From Thermoplasmata archaeon (GTDB taxonomy: Archaea; Thermoplasmatota; Thermoplasmata; Halarchaeoplasmatales; Halarchaeoplasmataceae): a DNA stretch of 64,000 nt. The position numbers and the translations under genes were made by a program. The notes below the pieces were generated by a model. That model was not told the DNA's origin, did no database searches, and saw only the letters and a program-made list of their open reading frames with translations. This document shows, one piece after another, positions 1 to 10,012 of the stretch (its first letter is position 1; every line of letters begins with the position of its first letter). Location of the stretch: assembly GCA_003553085.1 (NCBI GenBank), contig PUPH01000031.1, forward strand, positions 3-64,002, written 5' to 3'.

Positions 1-2
1 CC

Positions 3-47
3 GAGGAAGAACCCGAGGAAGAACCCGAGGAAGAACCCGAGGAAGAT
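3..47. repeat. 12-bp coding microsatellite (gaggaagaaccc, about 3.7 copies, may continue upstream of the window)
   Basis: Direct reading: gaggaagaaccc repeated in tandem, encoding EEEP. Confidence 0.8.
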
Positions 48-491
48 AAGATCCCCTGCCCGAGCTGTGGAACAGAACTCGCTGCAGATGCTGAGATATG
101 CTACGCCTGCGGTACCGAAATGGGTGAAGAAGAACCCGAAGAGGAACCTGAGGAAGAAGGAAAGGTCGAGTGCCCGAGCTGTGGAACAGAACTCGCTGCA
201 GATGCTGAGATATGCTACGCCTGCGGTACCGAGCTGGGTGAAGAGGAAGAACCTGAAGAGGAACCTAAGGAAGAAGGAAAGGTCGAGTGTCCGAGCTGTG
301 GACCAGAACTCGCAGCCGATGCTGAGATATGCTACGCCTGCGGTACCGAACTAGGTGAAGAGGAAGGAGACGAAGGACTGAGCTGTCCCGTTTGCGGAAC
401 CGAACTCAGTCCAGATGCAGAGATGTGTTACGCCTGCGGCTCGGATGTAGATAATAAGGAGAAATCCTCTGGCAAGAAGAAGATAGTCTGA
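3..491 (+). CDS. 5'-truncated acidic zinc-ribbon repeat protein. It has four tandem CPxCG-x8-C(Y/Y)ACG zinc-ribbon units joined by EEEP/EEPK acidic linkers.
   Basis: The frame is open from the window edge with no stop before 491. Translation gives EEEPEEEP...CPSCGTELAADAEICYACGTE repeated three times, then CPVCGTELSPDAEMCYACGS. Confidence 0.6.
   Translation, partial: EEEPEEEPEEEPEEDKIPCPSCGTELAADAEICYACGTEMGEEEPEEEPEEEGKVECPSCGTELAADAEICYACGTELGEEEEPEEEPKEEGKVECPSCGPELAADAEICYACGTELGEEEGDEGLSCPVCGTELSPDAEMCYACGSDVDNKEKSSGKKKIV
57..440. repeat. Imperfect tandem coding repeats (114, 117 and 96 bp units), each encoding one zinc-ribbon unit
   Basis: The motif tg(c/t)ccgagctgtgg recurs at 57, 171 and 288, with a diverged copy at 384. 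Confidence 0.7.
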
Positions 492-550
492 GCAGACTCC
501 TCAGAAAACCTTTTATCCCCTCTTTCATTCCTTATTTTAAGTGAAATGTT

Positions 551-2698
551 GTGCTGATGAATCAGATTATGGTCTTTGTGATGACGTCATTATTAGAAAA
601 CATCGAATCTGACCATGGATCACCGGACCTGGAAAAGATCCTAGATCGGGCAGAAAAACTCTGTGACCAGGAGCGCTACTTAGAGGCTACCGAGTGCTAC
701 AAATCAGTACTGCGTTACAAGAAGGATAAAGTCGTTGCGAACAATCTAGGGGTGGCCTACGATGCCATCGATCAACATGAACGAGCCATAGAGTGTTATG
801 AACTAGCTATCAAATTCGATCCCGAATATGTGACCGCTTGGCACAACAAAGGTAACTCCCATTTTTACCTGGAAGAATATCGAAAATCGATCCAGTGTTA
901 CGATGAGGCCATAAGGTTAGATCCTACGAACTCTCAAGTTTATTTTGACAAAGCAAGCGCATACGTCAGGTTGGGTAGAAGGAGAACGGCAAAAAAATGG
1001 GCGGACAGGGGTGTCAAAAATGGAGATGACAGAAAAGATCTATTATTGATCAAAAAGGCTGAGATATACGAAGATATCGGAGATTTTAAGAGCGCTGTAA
1101 AGATATATCACAACATCCTGAAAGCAAAACCATCCAATATGAAAGCTTTGAAAGGGTTGGCTGACGCATTGATGGAACTGGGACGATACGATGAAGCAGT
1201 TGATACATATGACGAATATCTGGAGGTGGTACCAGATGACGAAGAGGTTTGGAACAACAAAGGGTACGCTTTGTTTTCACAGGGTTTTCATCAAGAAAGC
1301 ATGAATTGTTACAGGACAGCACTTAACATAGATCAGGATCATGGTCCAGCACACTACAATATGGGCTATCTACTTCATACTATTGGTGATTATGAAAGGG
1401 CGATACAACATTACGAAGAGGCTTCAAAATACAGCACCATCAATGAAGTCCTTTGGAATAACCTTGGGAATGCGTTGTACAATCTTGAAAAATACGAAGA
1501 ATCTATACCTTATTTTATGAAGGCTATAGAGGTCAATCCAGAATATGAAATAGCCTGGAACAACATCGGTAATGCTCAGAGCAAGATGGGGTGCTATGAA
1601 GAGTCCATAGAATATCACGAAAAGGCATTAGAATTGAAACCTGATTTCGATTATGCTCTCTACGCTTTAGGACGGTCCCTGGCGGAAGTCGGGAAGTTGG
1701 AGGATGGTTTAGAAAAGGTGGAACTTTCTCTTGACCTGAATCCGGACTACGAAAAGGCATGGTACGCTCGTGCTGAGATCCTTAGATATATGGGTCGGTA
1801 CGAAGATGCGTTAGAGTCTTTGAAGACCGCTGTTGAAATAGATCCTTTGTTTTCGGAAGCCTACTGTTTGAAAGGTGAGATCCTGGAATCTGTGGGTGAT
1901 TTCGATGAAGCACTACAGGCATTCAATAAGGCGCTAAGAACATATGATAAGCTATATAGGAGATATGGAGATATAATAGCCTTGGCTGACAAAGCAGAAC
2001 TGCTTTACGAGCTTGGAAGTATCGAAGATGCATTGAAGGAATATGAAACGCTGCTGAAGGAAGATGAAGATGATCCTGAGGTGTGGAGACGCATAGGTGA
2101 GATTCACCTAGAGTTGGGCGAAATCAGTCAAGCACTTGAAGCCGCTGAAGGGGGGTTGAAACGGGAGATGACACCAGGATTGTTGGTAATTAAGGCCAAC
2201 GCATACGATGGATTGGGAGAAGTCGATAAAGCTATGAAAGCCTTCAGAGATGCGGTGAAGCTAAATGGAACTCACGCACGTGTAAGTTTTTCCAGATATC
2301 TGATGGACCTCGGGAGGTATGAAGTCGCCTTGAGGGTTGTACAAGAAGATAATTGGGAGGAGAAACTGCTAAAAGCGAACATCTTGCTGGAGAAAGGAGA
2401 TCATGGAGAGGCCGTGTCCATGTTCCAGAAAGTACTCAAGGAGGATGAAGTAAGTTCTCCAGCTTGGTTCGGTTTAGGTAAAGCACTAGCGGCATCCGGA
2501 GACCTTAAAAGAGCGTCTAAAGCTTTCGATACCTGTATCGGGATAACGGAAGATTTCGCCCCGGCTTGGTATGAAAAAGCTCTGCTTTTCAAGGAGAAAG
2601 GAGATCACAAGAGAGCGAATGAGTATGCAGAGATTGCCATGGATCTGGGATATGATGAAGCTGAAGAACTGTTGAGCTCGGAGCCAAAAAAAGTATAG
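551..2698 (+). CDS. TPR-repeat protein (715 aa, about 18 TPR units)
   Basis: Repeated 34-aa units with the W-LG-Y/A-G-Y-A-F-A-P pattern, for example AWHNKGNSHFYLEEYRKSIQCYDEAIRLDP. Confidence 0.8.
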   Translation: MLMNQIMVFVMTSLLENIESDHGSPDLEKILDRAEKLCDQERYLEATECYKSVLRYKKDKVVANNLGVAYDAIDQHERAIECYELAIKFDPEYVTAWHNKGNSHFYLEEYRKSIQCYDEAIRLDPTNSQVYFDKASAYVRLGRRRTAKKWADRGVKNGDDRKDLLLIKKAEIYEDIGDFKSAVKIYHNILKAKPSNMKALKGLADALMELGRYDEAVDTYDEYLEVVPDDEEVWNNKGYALFSQGFHQESMNCYRTALNIDQDHGPAHYNMGYLLHTIGDYERAIQHYEEASKYSTINEVLWNNLGNALYNLEKYEESIPYFMKAIEVNPEYEIAWNNIGNAQSKMGCYEESIEYHEKALELKPDFDYALYALGRSLAEVGKLEDGLEKVELSLDLNPDYEKAWYARAEILRYMGRYEDALESLKTAVEIDPLFSEAYCLKGEILESVGDFDEALQAFNKALRTYDKLYRRYGDIIALADKAELLYELGSIEDALKEYETLLKEDEDDPEVWRRIGEIHLELGEISQALEAAEGGLKREMTPGLLVIKANAYDGLGEVDKAMKAFRDAVKLNGTHARVSFSRYLMDLGRYEVALRVVQEDNWEEKLLKANILLEKGDHGEAVSMFQKVLKEDEVSSPAWFGLGKALAASGDLKRASKAFDTCIGITEDFAPAWYEKALLFKEKGDHKRANEYAEIAMDLGYDEAEELLSSEPKKV

Positions 2699-2721
2699 TG
2701 TTCGTCCTATTTACAAACATC

Positions 2722-3525
2722 ATGATATATCTAGGGCCCGGAGGAACACCTCACGGAGTAAAAGGAACGAAAAAGAGTATGGCCTATCTAAATAAGATAG
2801 GACTCAACGCCATGGAAGTGCAGTTCGTTAGAGGGGTGAGGATGAAAGATTCCACCGCTAAAGATATAGGTGATGAGGCTGAAAGAAACGGCATACATCT
2901 CAGTGTCCATGCCCCATATTATATAAATCTGAATTCTGATGATGAAGATGTTATAGAGAAGAGTAAAGAACGTATGATCAATAGCGCTAGAAAGGCGCAT
3001 CTAATGGGTGCAAAAGTGATAGTCGTCCATGCTGGGTATTATGGTGGTAAAGATTCCAAAGAGGTCACCACTATCATCGGTGATGGTGTGCTGGAATGTG
3101 AGGAGACCATCTCTGAAGAAGGTCTGGATGTGAAGATAGGTCTGGAACAGATGGGGAGGGTAAAAAGCTGGGGGACCCTAGATGAGATCGAAGAGGTGAT
3201 GAAGAGGACCAAGATAACGGTTCCCGTGCTAGATTTTGCTCACTACCACGCTAGATACGATGGTAGATTGACCGGTGAAAAGGAGTTCGCCGGACTGCTA
3301 GATCGATACGAAAAGATCCATCCAGGGCCACTGCACAGCCATTTTTCATCTATAGAATACAACGATACCGGTGAACGTGAACATCTCAACCTAAAAGATA
3401 AGGAGCCGGATTTCCAACACTTGGCTCCCTTACTATTGGAAAAAGATTACGATATAACTATAATATGTGAAACTCCAGAGCTTGATAGGGATAGCCTTAG
3501 GATGAAAGATATTTTGGGGCTTTAG
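2722..3525 (+). CDS. nfo: Endonuclease IV (AP endonuclease family 2, TIM barrel)
   Basis: HAPYYINL, VIVVHAGYY, LEQMG, LDFAHYHA and HSHFSSIEY(N)D...EREHLNL motifs are collinear with the Nfo metal-binding motifs. The ORF track starts at GTG 2698; the first ATG is 2722. Confidence 0.8.
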   Translation: MIYLGPGGTPHGVKGTKKSMAYLNKIGLNAMEVQFVRGVRMKDSTAKDIGDEAERNGIHLSVHAPYYINLNSDDEDVIEKSKERMINSARKAHLMGAKVIVVHAGYYGGKDSKEVTTIIGDGVLECEETISEEGLDVKIGLEQMGRVKSWGTLDEIEEVMKRTKITVPVLDFAHYHARYDGRLTGEKEFAGLLDRYEKIHPGPLHSHFSSIEYNDTGEREHLNLKDKEPDFQHLAPLLLEKDYDITIICETPELDRDSLRMKDILGL

Positions 3526-5933
3526 ACCCTTTGTACCTGGGAAACACCGTCTTCCTTACTGACGATGTATTCGATCTCTGCAAGGTTGGCTATCTCGTTT
3601 TCGTGAGATACGATGATTATCTGATCTGCGTTGGTTTTCTCCAGCACATCCTTCAGACGAGTCAGCTGCTCCCTACTGAATCCCATGGTAGGTTCGTCCA
3701 AAACGAGTAAGTTACTTTCCAAACCTAGCTGTTCTTTGATCATTGTGTTGAAGGCTAATCTGTAGGCCAACGCCACCGATGTCCTTTCGCCGCCGCTCAG
3801 ATCATCTACCCTCGTAACGTCGGAAGATGTTGATATCACCGGGGCGAACTTATCGTCCAGCTGGGCATGCTTGGCCGGATCATCCAATATCTCATTGAAC
3901 CATCCCCTGAAATAGGATTCGAATTGTTTGTTGATCTGTACCATCCTGTGCTCTTCTATGGTCTTGATCGATTCTTTGAAGGGACCCTCTATCCAAGATT
4001 TGATACTCTGGTAATGTTTTGACCTGTCTCGGGCCTCTTTCATCTTTTCTATCCTTTCTTTGATCATCTCGGTCCTTTCTTCGATATTTTTCAAGGAACT
4101 TTTTATATTCTCCGTTCGCTCCATTAGTTTACTACGCCGAGCTATAGCTTCTTGATGACTCCGTTTGATATCTTTGTACTCGGACAATGAAAATTTGTCC
4201 TCCAACTCCTCTATCCTCTCATTCACCGTAGAAATCTTCTCGTCCGTATCCTTTATCCGAGAACTGTGTTCGTCGATTTCCTTTTTCAGATCTTCACGTT
4301 TCTTCAACTTTTCAACTAATATGAGATACTCATCTCTATATTCACTGAGTTCATCTTCTTTAGACTCTAGTTTCTCCAGGTCCGAGGTATCCCACTCAAA
4401 AGAGGCTATCTTCTCTTTAGTGGACCCGATATCCTGCATCCTATCAGCTATCTTTTCCTCCAGTTCGACGACCTTTTCATCCAAACCGTCCAATTTCTTC
4501 AGTTCCTTTTCATAGGAGTACAGTTCTTTCTCCTGTTGGGTCAGTTCTTTGATGTCGTCTTGTATAGAAGAGAGTGCATCATCTATATCCCCATCTTGTT
4601 TGGTGAGTTCAGCTAATTTATCGTCGATCCTCGCAAGGTCATCGTCTATCTCACCGACGATGAATGAAACGTGTTCCTGTGAGATGGGTTGCTTACATTT
4701 GGGGCATTCGGCCTCATCTTCGAGCTGCAGAATCTCCTTCTTTTCATCCTTCAACGATGATCTTTCTCTCTTCAAAGACCGTATGTCTCCTAGTATCTCG
4801 GACCTGGTCTCCTCTTTATCTCTTTTTTCCTCTCTCAGTATTTTTAATTCCTTGCGTAAACTCTCATTATCTTGGATGAACTCCTGGATCTGTTTTTTTC
4901 TATCCGATCTGGTTTTAAGATCTGTTAGTTCTCTTCTTTCTGCTTCCAACCTGGTCTCAAGAGCCTCGAGCTTACGCTGGAGCGTCTCCTTCTCCTTTAC
5001 GACTCCCTTTACCTCCGCAACCTTCCTTTTCACTTCTTCGTGCTCTTCTGCTTTATCTTTCAAAGGATCCAATCTTTCCGCCTGCTTCTCTAAGTCTTTC
5101 AGCCGATCCTCCATTTCGGTGAGCTCTTTTTTAAACCGTTCCGATCGTGATAGGAGATTATCCTTCTTATTCCTCGATGAAAAGAGTTCATCTTTTAGTT
5201 CAGACATCTCATCTAGTTTCTCGTCCAAGCTATCGAGCTCTTCTTCGATCTCGTCGAGTTCTGTCTTAGATCTCTCTAGTTCCTCCTCTTTTTCTTCCTT
5301 CTCCTCTCGCAGCCTTATCAATTCTTCTCGAGTTTCTTCCAGCATCTCCGCCCTGGTCCTCATCTGTGTGATCTCATTCCTCAACTCTCGACTGATTATC
5401 GAGATGTTATCGACCGCTCTTTTATAATCCTCTAGATTGAAGATCCTCCGTATGGATGTGAGCCTCTGATCGTCGTTTATGGAAAGGATCTCATTCATCT
5501 TTTCCTGAGGTATGTAGATACCCATGTGAAACGTTTCGACCTTGTATCCCGAGCCTTCTCTCAACTTCAACAACGAATCTATCTTGTCCCTCATCTCTCT
5601 CCATGAAAGTTCCATCCTCGTATCATCTACATCCAAGTAAGATTCGTATGGTTGGATGCCGCTCGATGTGCGCCTTATACTGCGATAGGCGGTATAGTCC
5701 ACTTCGTCTATCTGAAAATCCAGCTTCACACATGCCTTATCCGCCCCATGACGCATGATCTTATCGTAAAAATGCTGCTCGGTACCTCCGAAGAGAACGA
5801 ACTCCATGGCAAGAAGTATGGATGATTTACCAGATCCGATATCACCTTGGAATAGGATGACTCCAGGATAGAATTCGATGTCCTCCTTTTCATAGCTACG
5901 TATGTTCTCTATTTCCATCCTCTTCAACATCAT
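3522..5933 (-). CDS. rad50: DNA double-strand break repair ATPase Rad50
   Basis: N-terminal Walker A GDIGSGKSS, long E/K/L-rich coiled coil, central CPKC zinc hook. The C-terminus has the signature LSGGERTSVALA and Walker B LLVLDEP. Confidence 0.9.
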   Translation of the reverse strand: MMLKRMEIENIRSYEKEDIEFYPGVILFQGDIGSGKSSILLAMEFVLFGGTEQHFYDKIMRHGADKACVKLDFQIDEVDYTAYRSIRRTSSGIQPYESYLDVDDTRMELSWREMRDKIDSLLKLREGSGYKVETFHMGIYIPQEKMNEILSINDDQRLTSIRRIFNLEDYKRAVDNISIISRELRNEITQMRTRAEMLEETREELIRLREEKEEKEEELERSKTELDEIEEELDSLDEKLDEMSELKDELFSSRNKKDNLLSRSERFKKELTEMEDRLKDLEKQAERLDPLKDKAEEHEEVKRKVAEVKGVVKEKETLQRKLEALETRLEAERRELTDLKTRSDRKKQIQEFIQDNESLRKELKILREEKRDKEETRSEILGDIRSLKRERSSLKDEKKEILQLEDEAECPKCKQPISQEHVSFIVGEIDDDLARIDDKLAELTKQDGDIDDALSSIQDDIKELTQQEKELYSYEKELKKLDGLDEKVVELEEKIADRMQDIGSTKEKIASFEWDTSDLEKLESKEDELSEYRDEYLILVEKLKKREDLKKEIDEHSSRIKDTDEKISTVNERIEELEDKFSLSEYKDIKRSHQEAIARRSKLMERTENIKSSLKNIEERTEMIKERIEKMKEARDRSKHYQSIKSWIEGPFKESIKTIEEHRMVQINKQFESYFRGWFNEILDDPAKHAQLDDKFAPVISTSSDVTRVDDLSGGERTSVALAYRLAFNTMIKEQLGLESNLLVLDEPTMGFSREQLTRLKDVLEKTNADQIIIVSHENEIANLAEIEYIVSKEDGVSQVQRV

Positions 5934-7201
5934 TCGGGAGCACCACCATAGCTCTCAAGGGTCAACTGAGAGGGCTTTTGGGGATCTAGTTCCTTCTCCG
6001 GTTTTTCTTCCAACTCTCCCTCTTCTTTGATGTTCTCTATCAGCGAGCGGGTCTGATGCCATATCCGATTTTCATAGTCTGTTGTCGTTTCTCCCTCCTT
6101 CTTTTCACTCTTCAATATCCTGAGGAGTCTTTCACCTAAGTCCCCCTGTGTACCCTCGGGAGTACCTTGTTCCTCGAATACCTTCTTTTCGATCACCTCT
6201 TCCCTTTCCTCATCGACCTTGACCTTTTCCACCCTTTCCGCTTCCAGTGAATTCTTGTTCAAGAAAACCGTTCTTTCACCATCACTCTCCAGTAGGTTGA
6301 TGATACTGGCAAAGTCTATATCTTGAGGTGAACCCTTGAACAGCTTTCCCTGGACCCTGACAAGCACTATATCGCCTTCCAAAACCGCTTCAGCTTTCTC
6401 GATCAACATCTCCTCGACTTCAGAAGCGGTAAACCCTTCCGCATCGACAAGGACTTTTACCATGGAGCAAACATCTACAGGAACGTACTCCGGCCGCCAA
6501 TCCTCCACCATGTAAAATCCACGTTTTTCTTCTCTCTCAAGATCGGTGTAAGAGGAACCGAAAGTTGTCCCGGAGAATATGACCGGTTTTCCATCTTTTA
6601 AATCTTCCAATGGACGGTGTATATGCCCTCCTGCATAGTAGTCATAACCATCGGGCAAGGACGAGATAGGCACCACGTTCTTGTCGGGTATATCGACAGG
6701 TTTCATCTCTGCGATGGGAGAATGGAAAACGAATATACTATCTCCGTCTGGAGTATCAAATTCTATCTGCTCGTAATATCCCTTCTCTAGTCGGTTTTTC
6801 CTCCCGCTCAAACCTGTTATACTGACTCCGGTCTTATCCTTGACGGTGGTGAGTCTATTTTCCGATTCTAGATAATTGACTACGTTCTTGAAGAGCTCCG
6901 CACTCTCCAGAACATCTATCAAGGACGCTCGAGCCAGATTGTAATCGTGGGAGCCGTAAACAGCATATGTACGTATGCCTGCATTCTTGACCTTCATCAG
7001 CAGTTTTACGGTGCGGTTCACTATGTCCATATCGGGTAATGGATTATGGAAAAGATCACCAGCGATTATGATGAAATCTACCTGCCGTTCTATACATTTT
7101 TCTATGGCATCCTCGAACGCCTTTATATTGTATTCTCTCAGCTCTGGCTTACGTCCGAAGGCTCCAAGATGACAATCAGCGATATGGGCGAATCTCACCA
7201 T
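5930..7201 (-). CDS. mre11: DNA double-strand break repair nuclease Mre11
   Basis: Calcineurin-like phosphoesterase motifs: ADCHLG, GDLFH, GSHD, GGHIHR. There is a 4-nt overlap with the rad50 start. Confidence 0.9.
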   Translation of the reverse strand: MVRFAHIADCHLGAFGRKPELREYNIKAFEDAIEKCIERQVDFIIIAGDLFHNPLPDMDIVNRTVKLLMKVKNAGIRTYAVYGSHDYNLARASLIDVLESAELFKNVVNYLESENRLTTVKDKTGVSITGLSGRKNRLEKGYYEQIEFDTPDGDSIFVFHSPIAEMKPVDIPDKNVVPISSLPDGYDYYAGGHIHRPLEDLKDGKPVIFSGTTFGSSYTDLEREEKRGFYMVEDWRPEYVPVDVCSMVKVLVDAEGFTASEVEEMLIEKAEAVLEGDIVLVRVQGKLFKGSPQDIDFASIINLLESDGERTVFLNKNSLEAERVEKVKVDEEREEVIEKKVFEEQGTPEGTQGDLGERLLRILKSEKKEGETTTDYENRIWHQTRSLIENIKEEGELEEKPEKELDPQKPSQLTLESYGGAPE

Positions 7202-7312
7202 TATGTGCGACGATATGCCTTGGATATTAAAAGACTTTACCTAGTGGTCGGTGAAAGTGTGAAAATGGGCTAACTTTAATATGGGGTTCACGTTAGGTGG
7301 ATATCAAGGTGT

Positions 7313-7969
7313 ATGATCATCACAGTTAAAGCACGTAATCAACAGAAACCGGCAGTGATCTTCGATCTGGACGGGACGATCTTCAAAACGAGAGAGGTTG
7401 TGCTACCCGCCGTCAAGGACGCCCTATCGGATGTAGGGTTATCACCTGCCGAAGATGAAAAGATCATCTCTCTGCTGGGTGAAAAGACCGATGAATTCTG
7501 CAGACAGTTAGCAGGAGACGACGATGAAGAGACACTATCTCAGTTCATCGAGAGATTGGGGCATTACGAAGCGATCTACATAAGAGAGTACGGTGAACTT
7601 TACCCAAGAACGAAAGAGATACTACAGTATCTACGAGATCAGGGATACATCATCGCTATGTGTAGTAATGGGAGCGAGGAATACGTGGAATACGTACTAC
7701 ATACTATGGATATAAGATCCTTTTTCGACTCTATATCTTCCGGTCAAAATCACCTATCCAAAGGGGTGATGATCGAAGAAATACTCCAGCAGTTGGGCGC
7801 TGAAGAGGGGGTTATGATAGGAGATTCCCCACACGATATCCAGGGTGCCAAAGAAGCTGGTATCCCCAGTATAGGTGTGCTGTACGGTTACGGAGACGTG
7901 TCTGAGGCAACCTATAAAGTGAGATCACTCATGGAGATCAAGGGCGTACTCGAGTCATTGTCTTCCTAG
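7313..7969 (+). CDS. HAD-superfamily phosphatase (phosphoglycolate phosphatase-like)
   Basis: DLDGTIF motif I, SNGS motif II and a later GDSPHD motif. Confidence 0.75.
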   Translation: MIITVKARNQQKPAVIFDLDGTIFKTREVVLPAVKDALSDVGLSPAEDEKIISLLGEKTDEFCRQLAGDDDEETLSQFIERLGHYEAIYIREYGELYPRTKEILQYLRDQGYIIAMCSNGSEEYVEYVLHTMDIRSFFDSISSGQNHLSKGVMIEEILQQLGAEEGVMIGDSPHDIQGAKEAGIPSIGVLYGYGDVSEATYKVRSLMEIKGVLESLSS

Positions 7970-7980
7970 GAAACATAGGA

Positions 7981-8205
7981 ATGTTTATATCCAACACAAT
8001 CGATGTACCTAGTCCTAAATGGAGGAAAAAACCGATGCTAGACCGGGATACGGAAGTGTATTATGGACCTGGGTTGGGAGAGGGCATATATTTTGAAAGA
8101 TTACTTAGCTCGGCAAAGCGTTCCAAAATAATAGCATCGGAAGAGAAAGATCTCTCGATCTGTCTGGATAGGGTGATCAAGTACATCGAAGAAGGTCTTT
8201 TGTGA
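7981..8205 (+). CDS. Hypothetical small protein (74 aa)
   Basis: ORF only, no recognisable motif. Confidence 0.3.
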   Translation: MFISNTIDVPSPKWRKKPMLDRDTEVYYGPGLGEGIYFERLLSSAKRSKIIASEEKDLSICLDRVIKYIEEGLL

Positions 8206-8261
8206 ATCAATATATATGATCGGTCTTTTAGTTCCTACTTCTGGATCAGACTTGACGATAT

Positions 8262-8290
8262 CTTAAAAAAGAGAAAGAAAAGTGGTTTTT
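8262..8290 (-). terminator. Oligo-T tract immediately after the M14-A stop codon (archaeal-type terminator)
   Basis: The minus strand reads ...ACTTTTCTTTCTCTTTTTT directly after the stop. Confidence 0.5.
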
Positions 8291-10012
8291 TTAGTAATCG
8301 ACTGTCCATTCAACGTTTTCATCAGCATCGTTGTAGAGCCAATAACCGCTTCCAGGGGAGAACTCGAACCCTTGTGAATCCACGTAGGCAACGTTGTACT
8401 CCTCAGTAGCTTCGAAGTATCCCACTGTCGTCACTTCAGTCGGCAGATCATGGTGCCCTGCACTATCGCTGGGCAGCCCCACCATGTTCCAGCCTGGTTC
8501 TAGTGTAAGAGTAGTGGTTCCTGGTTCAATACCTTCCACCGTTAACGTATCCTCCACGTTCATCTGGACCCAGACGCCCATGGTGTGGTCCCATGTACCG
8601 AGGTTGTTGAAGTGATCCGCTCTGTCAGGTACATAAGAATACCAACTTCCTGAATCGAAGTACATAACTTTATCGTAATTACCGGCTATTCCATTATCAG
8701 GGTCCTCGAGGATCGCTTCCAACGACGTATCATCAGGTATCAGATTGAACGATACGAAGTTCCAGCCGTCGGCATCTGCGGTCAACTGTATGTCCATGGT
8801 AGTGGTTTCTGTACCGGGCTCCTGAACGGCGTTTTCATTATCTTCTTCCAAGCCGTTAGTACCAACAGCCCTAACGACGTACCACCAAAATATGTCGTCC
8901 GACATACCTTTATCATGATCAAGGTGTTCATAATCAGCTGAACCATCGGCAGTTACGCTTTCTACAAACGTACTTTCGTCCCACGGACCTGACTGCGATT
9001 CAGAGCGATATATATTGTAATGGCTGACATCTCCGGTCAGCTCATCAGGGCTGGCGTCCCACGAGATCAGGTTGTGATCATCACCCTCAGAGGGGATGCC
9101 TTCTGCGGTAACAAGGACGTTATCTATACGCCAGCCAGCTCCGAAGTCCTCATCATACTCCTCTATACCGGCTTCCCAGCGTAGATGTATCGTATCTCCA
9201 GCATGGGCTGATAGGTCAAAGGTCACTGTTTCCCAGTCCACTGAACTACCCCAGGCCGGTTCACCACCTAGTGGATTGCCAAAGCCGTCGTTTATCTCTC
9301 CGTCGTAGCCCTCGTTAGGGGTTATAAGATCGAAATTCCCGTTCACACCATTGGTCGATAGTTTCAGATTTCCGCCGTCGACCATTGTCGTGACGAAGCC
9401 GAGATCGCGCCAGTGGTCGAACGATAGTTCCACTTCCGTGGCCTCTGCAGGTATCTCTATAGCCGGTGAAGTCAGCATACTTATGTAACCCGCTCCTGAA
9501 GATTTGTGATACTGACCATCTCCGAAGTCCCATGAATTGGAGCCGACCGATGAGCCGTGCTGTCGGATATCCCATTCACTTCCACTGGCACTTCCGGAAA
9601 CGTCCGTTGTGTAACCTTTGTCCGCCGATACGTCGTCCTGGAACAGTATAGCTGTATCTCCACCGGTGTGCTGTACTTCCAAGTTATCAGGAGGTGCCGG
9701 CGGTGTGCCGACTATGGTAAATGTGCTGGCACTTTCGTCGTCTCCCCGTCTACCGGCGGTATCCACTGCTTCCACCCGTACCAAACAGTCGCTGCTGTGC
9801 TCGTTGGGCACCGTCCATGTGTACGAGCCCGTGTCAGCCACGTTGGTATCTATGGTCTGCCAGTTACTACCGGCATCTACACTGTACTCCAGATTGATGT
9901 GATCGACTGGGTTGTCACCAGGTGTCGTACTCCAAGATATCGTTTCTTGTGTACCCGCATCGAATGTCTCTCCTCCACTGGGCTGTGTGACCGATATCTC
10001 CGGAGGCTCTCC
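8291..10012 (-). repeat. Shared C-terminal cassette, copy 1 (modules A-B-C-D)
   Basis: Begins at GEPPEISVTQPSGGE and ends ...GYWLYNDADENVEWTVDY. Long identical nucleotide runs with the copies at 11571-13262 and 18408-20123. Confidence 0.8.

Noticed and set aside
2698-2721. GTG 2698 as the nfo start, overlapping the TPR stop
   Set aside because: The first ATG (2722) gives a start nearer the conserved N-terminal region. GTG is possible but unsupported.
4549-5427. 292-aa Ser/Leu/Phe-rich ORF on the plus strand inside rad50 (also 4165-4515)
   Set aside because: It is the antisense of the Glu/Lys/Leu-rich Rad50 coiled-coil codons, which gives an open frame by composition. There is no independent support, and Rad50 is unambiguous.
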